Positions 63,386 through 64,000 of a stretch of 64,000 nt of DNA are shown piece after piece. Origin of the DNA: Octopus sinensis (taxonomy: Eukaryota). The stretch lies in NCBI RefSeq assembly GCF_006345805.1, contig NC_042998.1, positions 53,010,001-53,074,000 of the forward strand, in the 5' to 3' direction. The notes under the pieces were generated by a model. That model saw nothing but the letters and a program-made list of their open reading frames with translations. It had not been told where the DNA came from and made no database searches. Position 1 is the stretch's first letter. Each line of letters begins with the position of its first letter. The translations under genes were made by a program, and so were the position numbers.

Positions 63386-63711
63386 ATGTCTCAAAATTGG
63401 ATGATAAATGAAAGGGGTCTCTATATAACTCTTAGAAATATCAGCTAAATGTACCTCAAGCTATAATCTAGTATTTTAGAACCAACCAAAAAGACATGTT
63501 AAGTACTTTAGTCTGGGGTACAATATTTCTGTGATCACAATTTAAATGGCTTTGATTTAAGATCTTTTCAGTTAGGGCTAGGGCTGAATTAGGCTAAACA
63601 ACAACTGCACAACATCAATATAGTACAGTTTTTGTAAAACTGCTGTCTTCATTCCTTCCTCAGTCCCTGCTATAAGTTGCCTGCACTGCTCATATGGCAA
63701 GCAGCTAAGTT

Positions 63712-63943
63712 TTCTTATTTCTTTATTGCCCACAAGAGGCTAAACATAGAGGGGACAAACAAGGACAGACAAAGGGATTAAGTCGATTACATCAACCTCA
63801 GTGCATAACTGGTACTTATTTAATCGACCCCAAAAGGATGAAAGGCTAAATAGACCTCAGCAGAATTTGAACTCAGAACGTAGTGGCAGACGAAATACAG
63901 CTAAGAATTTCGCCCGGCATGCTAGCGATTCTGCCAGCTCGCA
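63712..63943 (-). mobile_element. SINE family A
   Basis: Same long-tail subfamily as 1990-2262 and 48804-49024. Confidence 0.9.
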
Positions 63944-64000
63944 AGCAGTTTAGTTTTCTATCACCATCTTAAGTTTTGAATTATACATATATTCAAAGTA

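Noticed and set aside
63572-63585. ttagggctaggg telomere-like seed
   Set aside because: Only two imperfect units; chance level.

Overview
This is AT-rich, microsatellite-dense eukaryotic DNA with no host gene I can confirm. The tRNA-headed SINE families, the RTE LINE with a (GAT)n tail and the overall repeat texture match what I recall of Octopus genomes (inference; no search was run). The window reads as intronic or intergenic and is tiled by nested repeats. These are several tRNA-derived SINE families (my labels A, B, D, E, F), one young 5'-truncated RTE LINE with an open RT frame (40.64-42.54 kb) plus many shorter fragments, relics of CR1-like, R4/Dong-like and other RTE LINEs, an internally deleted DD37D mariner-type transposon (53032-53912), and hAT-, Tc1- and TTAA-type MITEs. 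Nearly all listed ORFs are microsatellite or antisense-repeat artefacts. The most interesting signal is a set of hammerhead ribozyme motifs in Penelope-like terminal repeats from several unrelated families. One has a complete core on the minus strand (43324-43371) and sits in a long inverted repeat whose other arm carries a core-mutated copy. Short fold-back structures and a PHD-like zinc finger inside the RTE reverse transcriptase are also notable. Repeat boundaries were placed by eye and are approximate (about +/-10 nt) unless fixed by a target-site duplication (TSD).
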